Shown here: one piece after another, positions 42,386 through 56,300 of the stretch
Numbering within the stretch: the stretch's first letter is position 1
How the letters are laid out: each line of letters opens with the position of its first letter
Origin: Euglena gracilis
Lineage: Eukaryota
Direction: 5' to 3'
DNA length: 64,000 nucleotides
Assembly (NCBI GenBank): GCA_039621445.1
Contig: CP154954.1
Coordinates: 47,409,847-47,473,846, forward strand
Program-made: the position numbers and the translations under genes
Notes under the pieces: generated by a model
The model's input: the letters and a program-made list of their open reading frames with translations, nothing else
Database searches by the model: none
What the model was told of the DNA's origin: nothing

Positions 42386-43499
42386 TAGGGTACAAGCAAC
42401 CTCTTCTAAAGTCTTCCTAAAGCAAAATTGTTCACTTTGGGTTGGAAAAAAACAGCTTTGCCATCACTGTGCATCATGCAAAGCCAGAGGCAATAACAAT
42501 GTGACGGGACGCACCGCTTTTCAAAAACATTTGAAGCTCTGCAATAACCTTCAAAAAATCTACAAAGAATAAAAAAAGGTTCCCCTATGACCTCTGGCTC
42601 CCCTGTGACCTCTGTGACCCCCTTGTGACCCCGGCAATCCAGGGTTTCGTCTCCCAACACCCACAGGGGTCTTTTTTTGCAAAATGAGCAATGCGCGGGA
42701 CCCTCAAGCCATCAAATGCAAACATGAAGCCCAAAAAGAGAGGCGGCAACAAAAATGTGAATTTAGCAACGAAGTTTTCCCAAAGGATGAAGGACAGTTT
42801 ATGAATTCCTTTTGCTTTGCCTTTTTTCACATCGTGGGCATTGCCTCCCATGTGACCTCCCCTGTGACCCCCTGTGACCGCGGCCCACCCCCTTTGGGTG
42901 GAAGATGCGTGGCCATATTGTACAATCAATATGCAGACCCTTGAAGACATTCCCACCAATTCCATTTGAATCTTAGCATCTGCTGTGAAATTTTGAGTTC
43001 CTTGGTTCAGATTCTTACAGACGGGTTTCCCTGCAAAATTGTCTATCAGGGCGTTTTGGAGTTGCCAGTTGCGGAACCAGACAAGGGGGGTCCTCGACTC
43101 TCATCCTCTGTACCAAACCAAACTTGTCCACCAAAAATTCATGAAAAGTAATTCTAAAAAATGTGGCATTTCCCCCTCCCCCTCATGCTGCCCAAAAAAG
43201 GGGGTGCAGCCCGCCAAAGGGCGTTAATACAACCAATTTACCCTTAAAATTATTTGCATCTGCACTTCACAACCCAACAGCAAAGAAGGAGTTCGTAGAG
43301 GTCTGGGCTGTTCCTTGCAGTCGTTTCCATCCACCCAGAAAAATGTCACCGGTCTCACACTGAAGGGGGTTGAGCCCCGCGTTCCCCCCGCGTCCCCCCC
43401 CCGCGTCCCCCCCCCCCCCGCGTCCCCACCAAGTGGCTTGGTGCAGGGTTGCATATAGGTATAGGTTTGGCAAAAGACCTATACCTATATGGGGGCGTT

Positions 43500-43565
43500 T
43501 GGCCGGACCAACCTAGCCGGCTGGCCGGACCAACCTAGCCGGCTGGCAGACCAACCTAGCCAGCC
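43500..43565. repeat. ~22-bp tandem repeat x3 (GGCCGGACCAACCTAGCCGGCT)
   Basis: Read directly. Confidence 0.8.
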
Positions 43566-44068
43566 AACATGCCTGTCCCTAGCTGTCCGTCCAGATGAAA
43601 GCCACTTTCCCTAGCCGGCTACCAGACCAAACAATACGTCCGCCGCACGCAGTCATGGCTGCAGCAGGAAAAAAGTGTTTGTGTTCTGGATGGGAATAAG
43701 TTCGCGCGTGCCAAAGTTTGCTTGCACAAGGTCACCGTGCTGAATGTTCGGACCTAAATTCGGACCGCCTGTTGGCTTTATCCCGTGGGTGCTCCGGAAA
43801 AAAAGAAACCTGCCGAAGGCCCCCCCCCCAGAAAAACTGGACCCCACGTGTGGCACCAAAACTGGTTCCCACCTGTGGCACTGAAGGTGCTTCCCAAAAC
43901 TGGGGCAGTCTCAAAGAATTCTTTGCAAAAGATGGCACCAAACTGGGGGGGGGGCTCAACAGAATGATTTCAGAACAAGAACGCTACAACAAAGCCTTTT
44001 TCAAATGCCCTTGGCAAAAAAATGCACCCTGTCCCGCCGTCAGTCCAGGTGAAAGGAATTTTCTCTAG

Positions 44069-44107
44069 CCGTCCGTCCGTCCGTCCGTCCGTCCGTCCGT
44101 CCGTCCG
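44069..44107. repeat. (CCGT)n microsatellite
   Basis: Read directly. Confidence 0.95.
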
Positions 44108-46263
44108 CACGCCTCCTAGGAGCCTGAACCGGCGTTCTGAAACATGGCTTTCAAGGGCTTTCAGCGGATGACCTTAGATTCCCATTCTCTCAAGGGCTTT
44201 CAGCAGATGGCCTTAGATTTCAGCCGTGTTGTATGGTACTCTATTTCACAAAATGGCAAATTTGGCCAAATGGAAATTATTGCACAAAATATCCAATATC
44301 CAGCCAAATACCCCTCAAAACTGCTCAGATATGATTTGCCACATGCCTACAAGCCCTTTTGGACACTTTTTGGCACACCTACTTCCTGCCCGAACCGGCG
44401 TTCTGGACGCCGGTTCGGGCATGAAGCCAGAGCCCCAATACACGGTTTCAAAAGAAATATCTTCGTGATACATAAACTTTTTGGGCTCCCTCGGGGAGGA
44501 AGAATGAGTCTCCAAAAAAAAGTCCCCACCCCATCTCAAAACTTTTGCACACATAAATGCCTTCAGAAGGAAAGAGCACAGGAAGCGAAAATGATAACTC
44601 TTCTGCCTTGTTGATCGGATCACCAACACAACCGACTGTTTTTTGGGTCAGAGCTGCAAAACTGTGACAAAATCGGCAGTAAGGTCAGAAAGCTCCAAGG
44701 AGGGATTGTCTTCTAATACGAAAACTGTGTCCAGAACGCTGCTTCACAAAAAGTGCTGCTTCTACCACTATCTCATCCAACAAACTTCGATTGGAGTTTG
44801 CAAGATTTTTTGCACACTGGAAGTGCGCTCCATAGCTGGGAGGGGGTAGTGTCACTTATGGGGGGGGGTGTTTTCTGGGGTGGTCACTTTGCTTTTTGCA
44901 AATGCATACTCCAACCGGCGATGCAACAGGTGATAAAGGACGAAAGAGCATCCAACAAAAACACGGGCAAACAATTCCTTGCAATGTCGTTCATATTTCC
45001 CCCCCAAAATTGTTTTTGGTCACGACATATAGGAGATATAGGAGATATAGGAGGTGGAAAAACCTATACCTATACCTATACCTATACCTATATCTCCAAT
45101 ATCCCTATATTCCTATATGCGACCCTGCTTCGTGTCCCTTTTTGAAGAGGCTTTTCTGCAATGTCCCGTCATGCTTGCTGTGATGAAACAAAGAAGAGGG
45201 GAGAAGGAAAAAGAACGTTGCAAAAACAAGTGAGAAGTCAAAATAATTATCCTTGCCCCGACAAAAAGTGGTACTCTTTCGCACACTCACGCTTCGACTC
45301 TGCCATTTGGGGGGTGGGGGTTGTATAGCGAACAAGTACCCAAAAAACCAGTTGGCCCGCTTGTGATGGGTGAAGGTCAGGGTTGACGTTTTTTTTGTTT
45401 TTTTTTTTTTTTTTTTTTCATTTTTTTTCAAAAGCCACCCCACCATGTTTTTTGTTTTTTGCAAACCACAACCCCAAAAAACATGTTTTTTTTGAAAAAG
45501 CAAAAATTGACCTTTTTCCTTGCGAAATGACCATTTTTTTGAAGAAAATTTTCACGGGTGGTTCGGGTCACGAGGGGGGGGGTCACAGGGGGGGGGGTCA
45601 CGAGGGGGGGTCACATTTTCGGTGGCCAGACTAGAAATCACCGAAAACGAATTTTTGGGAAAAAATCCTTTTTAGGCTCCAAAATAGGAATCCCCCAAAC
45701 GAAAATTAGGAAATCTACCGGAATATTTTGTCAAATTAGGCATCACCGGCCAAGTTTTTCAGAAAAAAAAATGGCTGAACCGGGTCTTAGGTCGGGTTGG
45801 GGGAGGGGGGTCATGGGGGGAACACCCCCTGTGAAGTTTTTTTTTTCAAATGTGTGAAGGTATTTCCAAATCTGTTTTTCTGGTGTTAAAAATCATGCTT
45901 TCAACCCAAGAAATGAATGTTGTAGAGATAAAAAATGCACTTTTTCCCAAAAAAAAACATTGCAAAAAATTTTTCCCCCAAACCCTCCATGACGTTTTTT
46001 TTTGTTTTTTTTTGAAAGAAACATATTTTTTGAAAAAAACAAACCGTCAACCTTGGTGAAGGTCGTGACCTTGCAATTGTCCATTTGTTTCTTCCAGTTT
46101 GTTCGGCACGATCAATGCTACCACCCCCCCCCCTTTATTGTCCCCCCCCCTTTATTGTCCCTGGGCCCCGGCCGACGGGGGGAATTTTGGCCCGGCCAAT
46201 GAAATTCGTTTGGTACCCCTTTATTGTCCCCCCCCCCTCATTGTCCGGTAGGGCCTCCTGGGG

Positions 46264-47056
46264 TAAGGTTGTTTCGATTAATCGATTTTTTGATTAATCG
46301 TTCGCCACCCCTTGATTGATCGTTCATTCGGGGGGGTGATTAATCGAAATAATCGGTCTTCCCAAAGAAACCATTGAAAAAGCAGTGCAGGAAAACACTT
46401 GGGAGTGATAATTTTGGAGGCTCTGTCTCACAGAAATGTCACTGCGCGTTGCTTTCTTTTGGGGGAGCCCCGTTAGGAAACAAACGGGATATATTCATAC
46501 GCACAGACATCAGAGCACGGATGGAAGAGTCATCCAGCTTAGCGCGCAAGTCGCTATGCAGGAGACTCTAGTGAGAAAAACTGCGCTCAACATGGCCACT
46601 TCCTCAGCCTGTGCAATTTTGGGAGGGGGTTGCTTTGCATGTGCCGGTTTTGGCCAAAGTTGCAATTGCAATTTTCAGGTTTTCATTTCGGGTCACCCAT
46701 TGCCCCACCTCCCGTTTCAGCTGTTGCAAAAAAATATCACCCTCATGACCCATTTTTTTTTCAGTAAGGGTAGGCAGTGTGAGGTCAAGCGGTGTTCATC
46801 TTAGCTCTGTCGGCTGATGTCCAGGAAGAAAGGTCAGTTGTTGGTGAGAATGCACGTGCCAATAAGAAAGGGATCCCGGGAAAAAAAATATTTTTAAGGA
46901 AAAACGTTATTTTTCAAGGGAAATGAAGCGTTTGTTGGTCATCATAATGCTAGGAACCCAAAGGGGGCATTAATCGTTCGGTAATCGTTCGCCACCCCCC
47001 GATTAATCGGCATTAATCGTTCGGTGCCGTCGATTAAGATTAATCGTCCAACCTTA
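46264..47056. mobile_element. Non-autonomous hAT-like element nested in another repeat
   Basis: TIR TAAGGTTG/CAACCTTA, flanks CCTGGGG(G) on both sides, subterminal TTAATCG repeats at both ends. Confidence 0.65.
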
Positions 47057-49288
47057 CCTGGGGGCAGGTCGGTGGGACAATAAAGGGGGGGGGGTAATCC
47101 TAGAATGTTCCCCCGCAACCATTACACACATAGCTGGCACTTCGTTTAAAACGAAGTCAAAAAAAAACACGTTTTTTTAAAAAAAACATGTTTTTTTAAA
47201 AAAAACAAAAAAACGCCATTGAGGGTCCAGGGCAAAAAAAATTTTGCCTTTAATTTTAGCTTTTTTTTGCCCATCCTCGGTCAGAGAAAGACACCAAATT
47301 TGGGATGTTTCAAGTTAATTTGGAATGGTTTCCAGCCAAAATGGCAGAAAAATGCCCTATTTTGACCATTCTTGTTGAAGTTAACCAAAAGTATTGGTTT
47401 TGAGCTAAGATTGGTTCACCCTTGCGATCAAAGGTAAAATTTGGACCATCATTTTCCCCTTTGTTTTTTTTTGCCGTTTTTTTTGCCCGTTTTTTTAAAT
47501 AAAAAACAAAAAAAACATTTTTTTAAAAAAAAACAAAAAAACGCCAGCTATGATTACACACATTCCCCATTTGGTTCCTCTCATCTGGAAATTCTGATCA
47601 TGGTGCAGGTTGGATGGAGGTAGAGGGATATCCCTCTATGTCTAAGAAAATCCTGATGGGCCAAAACTTGTTCGCGTTAAAGTGATGTGAAAGCTGTGAG
47701 AAGATGGTGGTTGGGGGTGAAATTCTGATGAGAGAAATTTTGTTCCTTCTCATCTCAAAACGGTCGTTTTGAGGTTAATGGCTCATGGACTTCCATCAAA
47801 ATTTCTGACAACTTGCCAAAAATGCCATTTTTAGTCATTTCTGACGATTTTTGGCCCAAAAAAAGTGCGCTTGTGGTGAACTTCACCGGTGAAGTTCACC
47901 GTTGGGGTAGGGTTGAGGGAGGGAGAGAGGAGGACCACCAGTGCAGTTTCAAACGGTAAGCTTCACCGTTGGTGGGGGATCCAACTGGCCAAACTTTGCT
48001 GTTGTTTCAGGGTTTCTAAGGTCCGAAATTTTGCTGCTTTCTGATACTTCCTGCCTCAAGTCACCTTTTCACATGAGACTTGGTTTATTTGAGTAATTTT
48101 TTCTTTGATTTGGTTTGGTTTGACCATTTCAGAGTGACATAGAGGTGAGATAGAGGTTGAGGTAGAGGCGGAGGTCCACAACGTAGAGGTAGAGTCTTTC
48201 GACCTCTACCTCTACCTCTATCCAGCCCTGCATGGTGTACCCCCCCCTTATTTGCCCCCCCCTTAATTGAGCATTTGGGTCCGGGGAAAATTTTCTTTCA
48301 TGCGCCGAAGGCGCCGAGGATTTTTTTGCCCTTTTTCTAAAGGAATTTTTGACCCCCCCCTTGTTTGACCCCCCCCTAATTTGAGCATTTGGGGGGTCCG
48401 TTGGCCCGTGGGTGTGCTCAAATAAAGGGGGGGTATCCATGTTCAAAAGCAACCTTTCTTTGGATTTTCTCTCCACCCAACAACCCAGTTCCATCGGCTC
48501 TCTTACTCCCGCTGTCTAGCCAAACAAACTCCAGTGCTTGAATATAATTTTTTTTGAGAGGGAACTTTGTCAGGATATTCTTATCGACTTTTTTAGAGGA
48601 CAAGATTTTTGGGGGGTGTTCCCCCCATCACCCCCCGTGATCTGAGACCCTTTTCGGCCAAAATTTTTGGAAACAAATTTTGCCGGTGATGCCTACCCTG
48701 CCCCCCCCCCCCCGAGCTGTCCCCCCCCCTGACCTATTCCCACAGGGGGGGATGGTATAGTCCCTCGGCGTAAATTGTCCCCCCCCCCCGAAAATTTTCC
48801 CCCCTGAAATTTCGGAATTTTCCTGGATTTGCAAAAGGCTCCGAAACGGTCGAAACTCCCCACCCTTCAGCCCCAGAGGGGACCCCCTGGGGGGGTCCGG
48901 CCCGGACCCACCCCCCCCCCCACCCCCCTCCCCCCCCGGGGGGGGGTCTGCTGACTTAAAAAGAAGCCTGTTCGGAATAGTAGCCCAATTTCTGGCCGAA
49001 GACCCCCAAAAAACTGGTCAGGTGTGTTTACCACATGTCTGCAAACCATTTTCAATTCATTTTGGACACTTTTTGGCACTTTTAAGTTGGGTGCCCCAGA
49101 CGCCGGCTTCACACCCGAACCGGTGTCTGGGACGCCGATTCGGGCGTGAAGCCGGATCCCCCAAACAAGGTTTCAGGGTGGGGCCAAGTTTGCACGTTAC
49201 AGGGGGGGGGGGGATGCGCTGGATGGCCCTCGGAAAAAAATGCGCAAAAAATGCGCAAGAAATGTGCTCAGTTTGTACACTCCTAAGG

Positions 49289-50397
49289 TAGCATTGCGAC
49301 GTAATTTACAGTTGTAAGTTTCGCTTGTAACTTACACGTAACTTACAGCGTAATTCATTTTTTAATTTCCGCCGTGTAATTTATCTTCTGCTTTTTTTCA
49401 GAAATTTCAGAATGTTTCTCCCTTTTTTGTGTGCAAAGCACCCTTTTTTAAAAATTGGGTTTCTGTGTTGTTGTCATACAACAAACAAGTCAAAGGTCAC
49501 TGCAAAAAAATGAAGTTCAAGGTTTTTTTTTACAGCCAAAGGGGGGACTATTTTTGGGCCCGAAGGCAGCAACCTGCCTGAAAAAGTGCATTGGCTTGGA
49601 TGAATTCCAAAATAAAAATTGGCGGCTAAGTTAAATTTGGTTAAGGAAAATTGGGTGAAGTTAACTTCACTGGTGAAGTTAACTTCAATGGTGAAGTTCA
49701 CTACAAGAGCACTTGTTTGGCAAAAAAAATGGCTAAAAATGACAATCCTTAAGAAATTTTGATAAAAGTCCATGACAAATGCATACAAGTGACCATTAAT
49801 ATAATGGCGGAGCATGTCTTATGATGGTATGGTCGTGGGTTCGAAACCCACGAGGTCACACCGCTTTTTCCTTTGAGGGACGAGACTGCGCCGATTAAGT
49901 ACGTACCCTCACCCCCCTCAAAAATGCCCACCCCCCAAACGTGGTCAAAATTTTTGGCAAATTTCGGTTTATCCCCTCAAAGGGTTTACCCCTCATTTCC
50001 TTCGACACCAAAGGCGACAAAGGCCAAAATTTGACCTCCCCTCCAGAGTGCCCCCCCCCCCCCCGGAGTGGCCATTTGGGTCCCACGATGCCTGGAGGGT
50101 GGCCACTTTGAGGGGGGGGTGAGGGTAGTGAAATTAAGTTAGTTAAGCTAACATCACTGAGGCAGATGAGGGGGAGGGTTTCTGGAAACCCCCCCAGTTA
50201 ACTTCACCACAGTTTCAAACAATGAACTTCATGGGGGGTCAAAATGCAAGGAATGACTGAGCAAGGAAAGAGGGGTCCTGGGGTGTGTGATTTTTTAACT
50301 TTCATAACTTTCATAAATTTCAAAAATTACTGTAAGTTACGGTAAGTTACGGGTGTGTAATTTATAAATAATAAATTACGCAAAATTTGCAATGCTA
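49289..50397. mobile_element. Non-autonomous hAT-like element
   Basis: TIR TAGCATTGC/GCAATGCTA, exact 8-bp TSD TCCTAAGG (49281-88 and 50398-405), subterminal GTAACTTAC/GTAAGTTAC repeats. Confidence 0.85.
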
Positions 50398-53300
50398 TCC
50401 TAAGGGAAAAATTTCCAATAATAAGCCCAAAATTAAACCAAAATCACGAACGGCAAAGGCAGGTGGGTTGGGACTTTTTTTTTTATTTGTATGATGTGAA
50501 CCCTCAACGCATATTCTTGCAATACCCAAGCCTTGAAGCCATTGGTGGCAGAGCAATAAGACCCACCTCCCTGAAAAGAGGTGTTTGGGAATATATCATA
50601 ACAACCACACAATATCGGCAAATGAATTCCGAATGCCGGCAGGCTTCATGGCTTGAAAGAAAAGAAGACACTAGGGAGGGACAGGGCAAAGTGTCCGAAA
50701 CGGCCGAAATTCCCCCCCCCCCTTGGTCAAGAGCCCAAAAAACTCTCCTGGGGGGGGATTTATGCCCAGGGACTGATAGCTCACTGTCATGGCACTTGTT
50801 ATAAAGAACTTCTCAAAAAACTGGTCAAGAATCGAGCCACCAAAAATGCGGTGTTCCCCAAGTCCCCCCCCCCGTGACCCGAACCACCCCCTCGGCCATT
50901 TTTGGGTGTGAATGTGCATTGGGCGAACAAGGAGACGGTGATGGCGTGTGAAACTTCACTTTTTAAAGAAACCGCTCTGGTTATGATACCCAGAATGGTG
51001 GTGCCCCCGCGTCCCCCCCGCGTCCCCCCCCCCGCGTCCCCCCCGCGTCCCCAACACCCCCGAAGTGTCCACGGGGGCTCAACAAAAATGCTATCGGGGT
51101 CTAAAATTTCTTTTCCATTAGGAATCAATAATTTTGTCTGGGGGGGGGGAGGGTTCTCTGGAAGGTGTCCGCGGGGGACAACAAAACTTGGACGGGAGGG
51201 ATCTTCATTTTGTCCAAAAAATTCCCCACTCAAGTGTCTACTGAACTGTGATGGAACAACCGACAATTACGAACAAGAAAGGCAAGGCATGTCGGTAGGG
51301 AGGCCCGCAAACTGTAGCAACGTTTCAGGTCAAAATAAAACACATTTTTGATAGGGGGGCCCACCTTAGGGTCGACCCCAGGGTCGGTCCACGACTCTAG
51401 CCAAGGCCACCCATGACCCTAGAGCGACCCTAGGGTTGCTGGGGTCACTAGGATCGTACTCTCACCCCCCCCCCTAATTGCCCCCCCAATTAGCTAACTG
51501 GGGGTCCCAAAGGACGGTCCACTAGCTAATTAGGGGGGGTCAGCTATCGGCAAGGGTCCCCCACCCTGATTGGCTAATTGGGGGTCTGAAGGAGCCCGGC
51601 CATTAGCCAAATAGGGGGGGGGTGAGGGCATTGGGCTGACCCCGGGGTCCACCCCCCAGGCCAGTTCACCCCCCCCCCGAGTTTTATGTCCTGTTTGTTT
51701 TTTTTCTCCTCCACAAACGTCTCCTCTTTCAGGACACAAATTGTGGCAGTACACAAACTTGGTCCTTGCTTGCTCGGAAGAAATTCCCATGACCCCGGAC
51801 TCATGCCTGAGTCGGGGTCAAGACCTGAACTCGGCATATAAAGTCTGGGTCCTGGGTCTGAGTCTCTCTCAAGCCTGATTCCGAGTCTAGGGCTTGAGTT
51901 TGGGGGCCCTGCACCCGGTTTCAACAAAATCTCGAACTCCGAGGGCCTAAGATAAGTTTTGTTACAGATGGCATATGACCCCTTATGCCAAGTGCCTGTA
52001 GTCTTCTTTGTCAAAGACTCAGTTTGAAGGTTTTTGGAGTGCCACTCCCCAGACGTGCAGAGTATTTGTGTGGTCAGTGTTTGTATTAAGAGTGAGCATT
52101 TTGTTTTACACCTCGCCCCATTGGATTTGGGTTGTGTTTGGAGCTTCTGAATCCACCCCCTGGAGGTTGGACCTCCTCGGGGGGTGTCTCCCCCGCGTCC
52201 CCCCCGCGTCCCCTCCCGCGTCCCCCCCGCGTCCCACTTTGGAACCAAAATTTTGTTCTCGAGACAGCCAAATTTAGGAGGCTGATTCCTAATTTCAGGT
52301 ACATTTGAGGTTGGTGATTCCTAATTTGGTGTGGGTGATCCTTAACTTGCGGTGGGTGATTCCTAATTGGGGGTGGGTTTGTCCTAATTTGTTGTGGTAT
52401 CATCCTAATTTGGCTAAAATTTTCTCGCAGCAAATTCCTAATTTCACCATCCCAAAATGGCGTCTCCCCCGCGTCCCCCCCGCGTCCCCCCCCCCCCCCC
52501 CCCGCGTCCCAGACACCCCCTCGGCATGGCCGGAATTTGTTTGGCTGTTTTTTTTTCCCACGTTTGTGGTCAACATTTCAGAGTGGCTGATCCCCCCTTG
52601 GGGGGCGGGGGTGACTGACTTGTTTTCCTGAAGAAATGTAAGTGATTGGTTTTTGGAAGAATGGAAGTGACCCCTTGACCTTGAATACAGGTCCCACCCA
52701 AGGGGCTTAGCAGACCCATGGTGGGATCAAAACAAAAGAAAGAAGAAAAAGAAGAACCAGGAGTTTCTCAAATCACAAAATGTTTCGAAAATTTGAGAAT
52801 AATCCAGCTGCAAGTCCTCCATATCAAGGGGATTTCATTCAACCGTCTGTCCACATCAAAGGGATTTCAGCCAGCGATCCATCCATTTGTCTCTTTGCTC
52901 TTTCTCCAAAGCCAATTGACCACTTAAGATTTTTTCTAAAAAAATAATATGCTGCTCTACCACAAGGGTTCATTCTTGACACAAGTTTATTTTTTTTAAA
53001 AAATAAAAAAAGCACCACTGTCAATTGGTATCTTCAAGCATCCCTCCATGTCTTCATTGTCTGTCTTTATTTTTTTTGTTTGTCCAGTTTTTATGCATCA
53101 ATGTATTTGCTGAATTCCAGTGGAGGAGTTTTACCGGAACCTGATGGACTACAAGACTTATTCCCAGGTTCTGCCTCCTGTAATCAACGCCACCAGCAAA
53201 CGCGGTGCCTCAAGCGGTGACACTCGGGTGACACAAATGGTGACTCTCAAGTGACAAAGGACAAGCAAGGTGGTGACCTTGTGACACCTGAAAACCGACT

Positions 53301-56300
53301 GAGGGCAGATTTCTCTTTGTCATTTTACAATAGGAAAGGATTCTGGTTCATGTTTGGAAACTGAATTGTGACCTCGTTTCCACATTGTGAACCCTGAAAC
53401 CAGGTTCGGCCTGAGAACCAAACTTGGGTTTGTCAGTCAGTTCTTCTTACACCTAACAACCAACTTTTTTGCACAGCACCTCCTCTTCTTCAGCTGCAGG
53501 CCTCCAAAACAAAAAGGCAAACTTTCACAACATTTTTTCGACCACAACATTGCAAGATCAGAAACCGTAAACGTAAATCTGAAATTGCAATCAATCATGG
53601 ACATTTTTATCTACAACATCAACCAAGCAGACACCCCAATTTGTTTGCATTTAACCGCAAAAATGTTTGGATTTCACCCCAATTTGTTTGCATTTATCAC
53701 AAAAATATATCAACACCGTCCCAGAACTGTTTCTGCTTTTTCAGAAAATTTTTGCTTTGGATCTGGTTTTTTGCACAGTCGCCATTGGAAACTCCAAAGG
53801 ATTTTCCCCCAATGGTGAAAAAGTGCAAATACTTTAAAATACTTTTGGACGCAATGAATTTTTTTTGCCAGCTGTGGACAAATACATTTGAAGGCCATGG
53901 ACAATACACCTTGGGGCAAATATTTTTGCCAGGCATGGGCAAGAAATTTCAGTTGTTGGGTGCAGTCTTCCTCACCTTTCCCATGCCCCAACCTTGGACA
54001 GCCCCAAGAATTTTTTTGTAACTTTTTTGGTGGGTTGTTTGCAAAAAATGGTAAAAAAAATGTCAAGAACAGTTGCCAAAATGACGTTTTTGATGACGTC
54101 CCAAAAACCCCGACATTTTTCGACAATGCCGTAATGATGAGAAAAACCCCAGGGGCATTAATTGTTCATGATCGTTCAGACCCCCCCCCATAAATCGTCA
54201 AAAATCATTCAGCCCCTGTCGATGTCAGCAGCAACCTTCCCCTGCTTTGTTGGTGACCTTGGGTGGTTTCCGAGGTCAAATTGTCAAAATTTGGGTGGTG
54301 ACACCCAATCCCGGTAACAATATTCATTTCACTTTTGGAGCTTTCCAACATTGAAGCTTTCGAAAAGTTTTGGGGCAGGTGCTGATGGGGGGGTACCACC
54401 TCTTATTGTCCCCCCCCCCTTATTGTCCCTGGGCCCCGGCCGACGGGGGATTTTTTGGAAATCATTTGTGACACGTGTGAGGTTTCTTGAAAAGCAACAA
54501 TTTCTTCCAGAAAAAGAATTTTTTGAATGAATTTTTAGGTTGACAGGTTTGGTTTGGTAAACCTCCCCCCAAAAAAGCCTGGCGGGGCTCTTGTTCTTGG
54601 CGGGGGCCAAATAACTTGGCGGAGGGAGGGGCAAAAAAGATTATTCTGTTAATGTGACCCCCCCTCTATTTGTCCCCCCCCCTAATTGGCTAGAGCCCAG
54701 GTGGCCAATTAGGGGAGGGGGGGTTTACTCATTTCAAGGGAGAATGCCCTTATTCGGGTGTTTTACGGGGGTTCGCGATTATGAAGGACGGGTCCAGGTG
54801 GCCAATTAGGGGCGGAGGTTAACCCCCCCCTAATTGTCCCCCCCCCTAATTGGCCAGAAGGGGGGTCCGGGCGGCCCGGAGGGCGGCCAAATAAGGGGGG
54901 GGGGGGAGGTCACATACTTGGCACCCCTTTTTTTGACAAAATCCTTTTATGGCGCCGAAAAACCTTAACCTGGCGGGTGGGGGGGGGGGCATGGCAAAAA
55001 GTTGGTTCCAATGACCCGGCACCCCGCCAGGTTATTTTGGGGGGGGGTTACATCGGATGGGGGATGTCCAGGAACCTGCCTGTCTGGTTCCACAGCTGGT
55101 GTTTTTTTTGTTTTTTTTTGAAAAAAATCACAAACCCCCCCAAAACCCTTTTTTTGTTTTTTTTTCATTGAAATTTTATTGAATTTTTTTTTGAAGTTGA
55201 CTACAGAGCCCCAAATGTTTTTGAAAAGCAGTGCGTCCCGTCACATTCGCTGTTGCCTCTAGCTTTGCATGATGTGTAGTGATCACAAGCTTTTTTTTCA
55301 GTTTAATGTGAGCACAGAATGTTGCTTTAGGAAGACTTTGGGAAGAGGTTGCTTGTACCCTGGAGTTGCAGTCAGAGAAAAATTTTGGAAGCTCTCTAAA
55401 GCCCGGCCATCTGTGTGAATGCATGACATTCCGATGCGAGTGAGGAACAGCTTTGGAGCAGTCGTTGGATGATTCCTTCGCCTCCCACATTTGTGAAACT
55501 TTGAGAGCTAGCTTTGTACTAACTTGCGAAGTCATCTTGTACGATCAATATGCAGACTCTTGAATGCATTCCCAGCTGGCAGACACAATTGTTGGACCCA
55601 GCCGGACATTTTTGTTGGCCCCTGCTAGGCAAAAAAATGGGAGAATGGAGGACATTTCTATGGGGCCCCTGGGGACATGAATAGTTGACCCTCTGACCCA
55701 TGAAATTAAGGCCCCAATGGACAATTTTGTAGGGAAACCTGTCTGAAACAATCTGAACCAAGGAACTTACCAATTCACAGCAGATGCTAAGATTCAAATG
55801 GCATTGGTGGCTGTAGTGACACACCCCCTCTGATCAAAATCTTTTTCAGCTGCCGATGACCCGCCCAAGGGATTTTCCTTTGAAAATTGGACCCCCCCCC
55901 ACGTAAATGACACACTCGGGGTTTTTCAGGTGCTGGGGTGTCCGAGACCCCCTCCCACTCCCGGGACCCCCTGGTTGACCAACGAAGTCAACCGAAATGG
56001 AGGGGATGGGGGATCCACAACAAAGTCAACTGACCACCTATTTCCTTTTCCTTTGGTTCCATGATTCCTAACCCGGTGGTCCAAAATGCAGTTCTCCCCT
56101 CCCCCCCTGCATGACCGCCCATGACCCGACCCACCCCCATGAACCACCCCCATGTTAAGCAATGGTGTAGTTCGGGGGAAAAACCCACAAAAACGACGTC
56201 CGATGTCATTGGAGAATCACTCCAAGCCGATGTCTGCATTGTACACATGGCTCAGTGGTAGAGCTGATGGTTTTTTCATATACTTCTGTATAAGGCCGCA

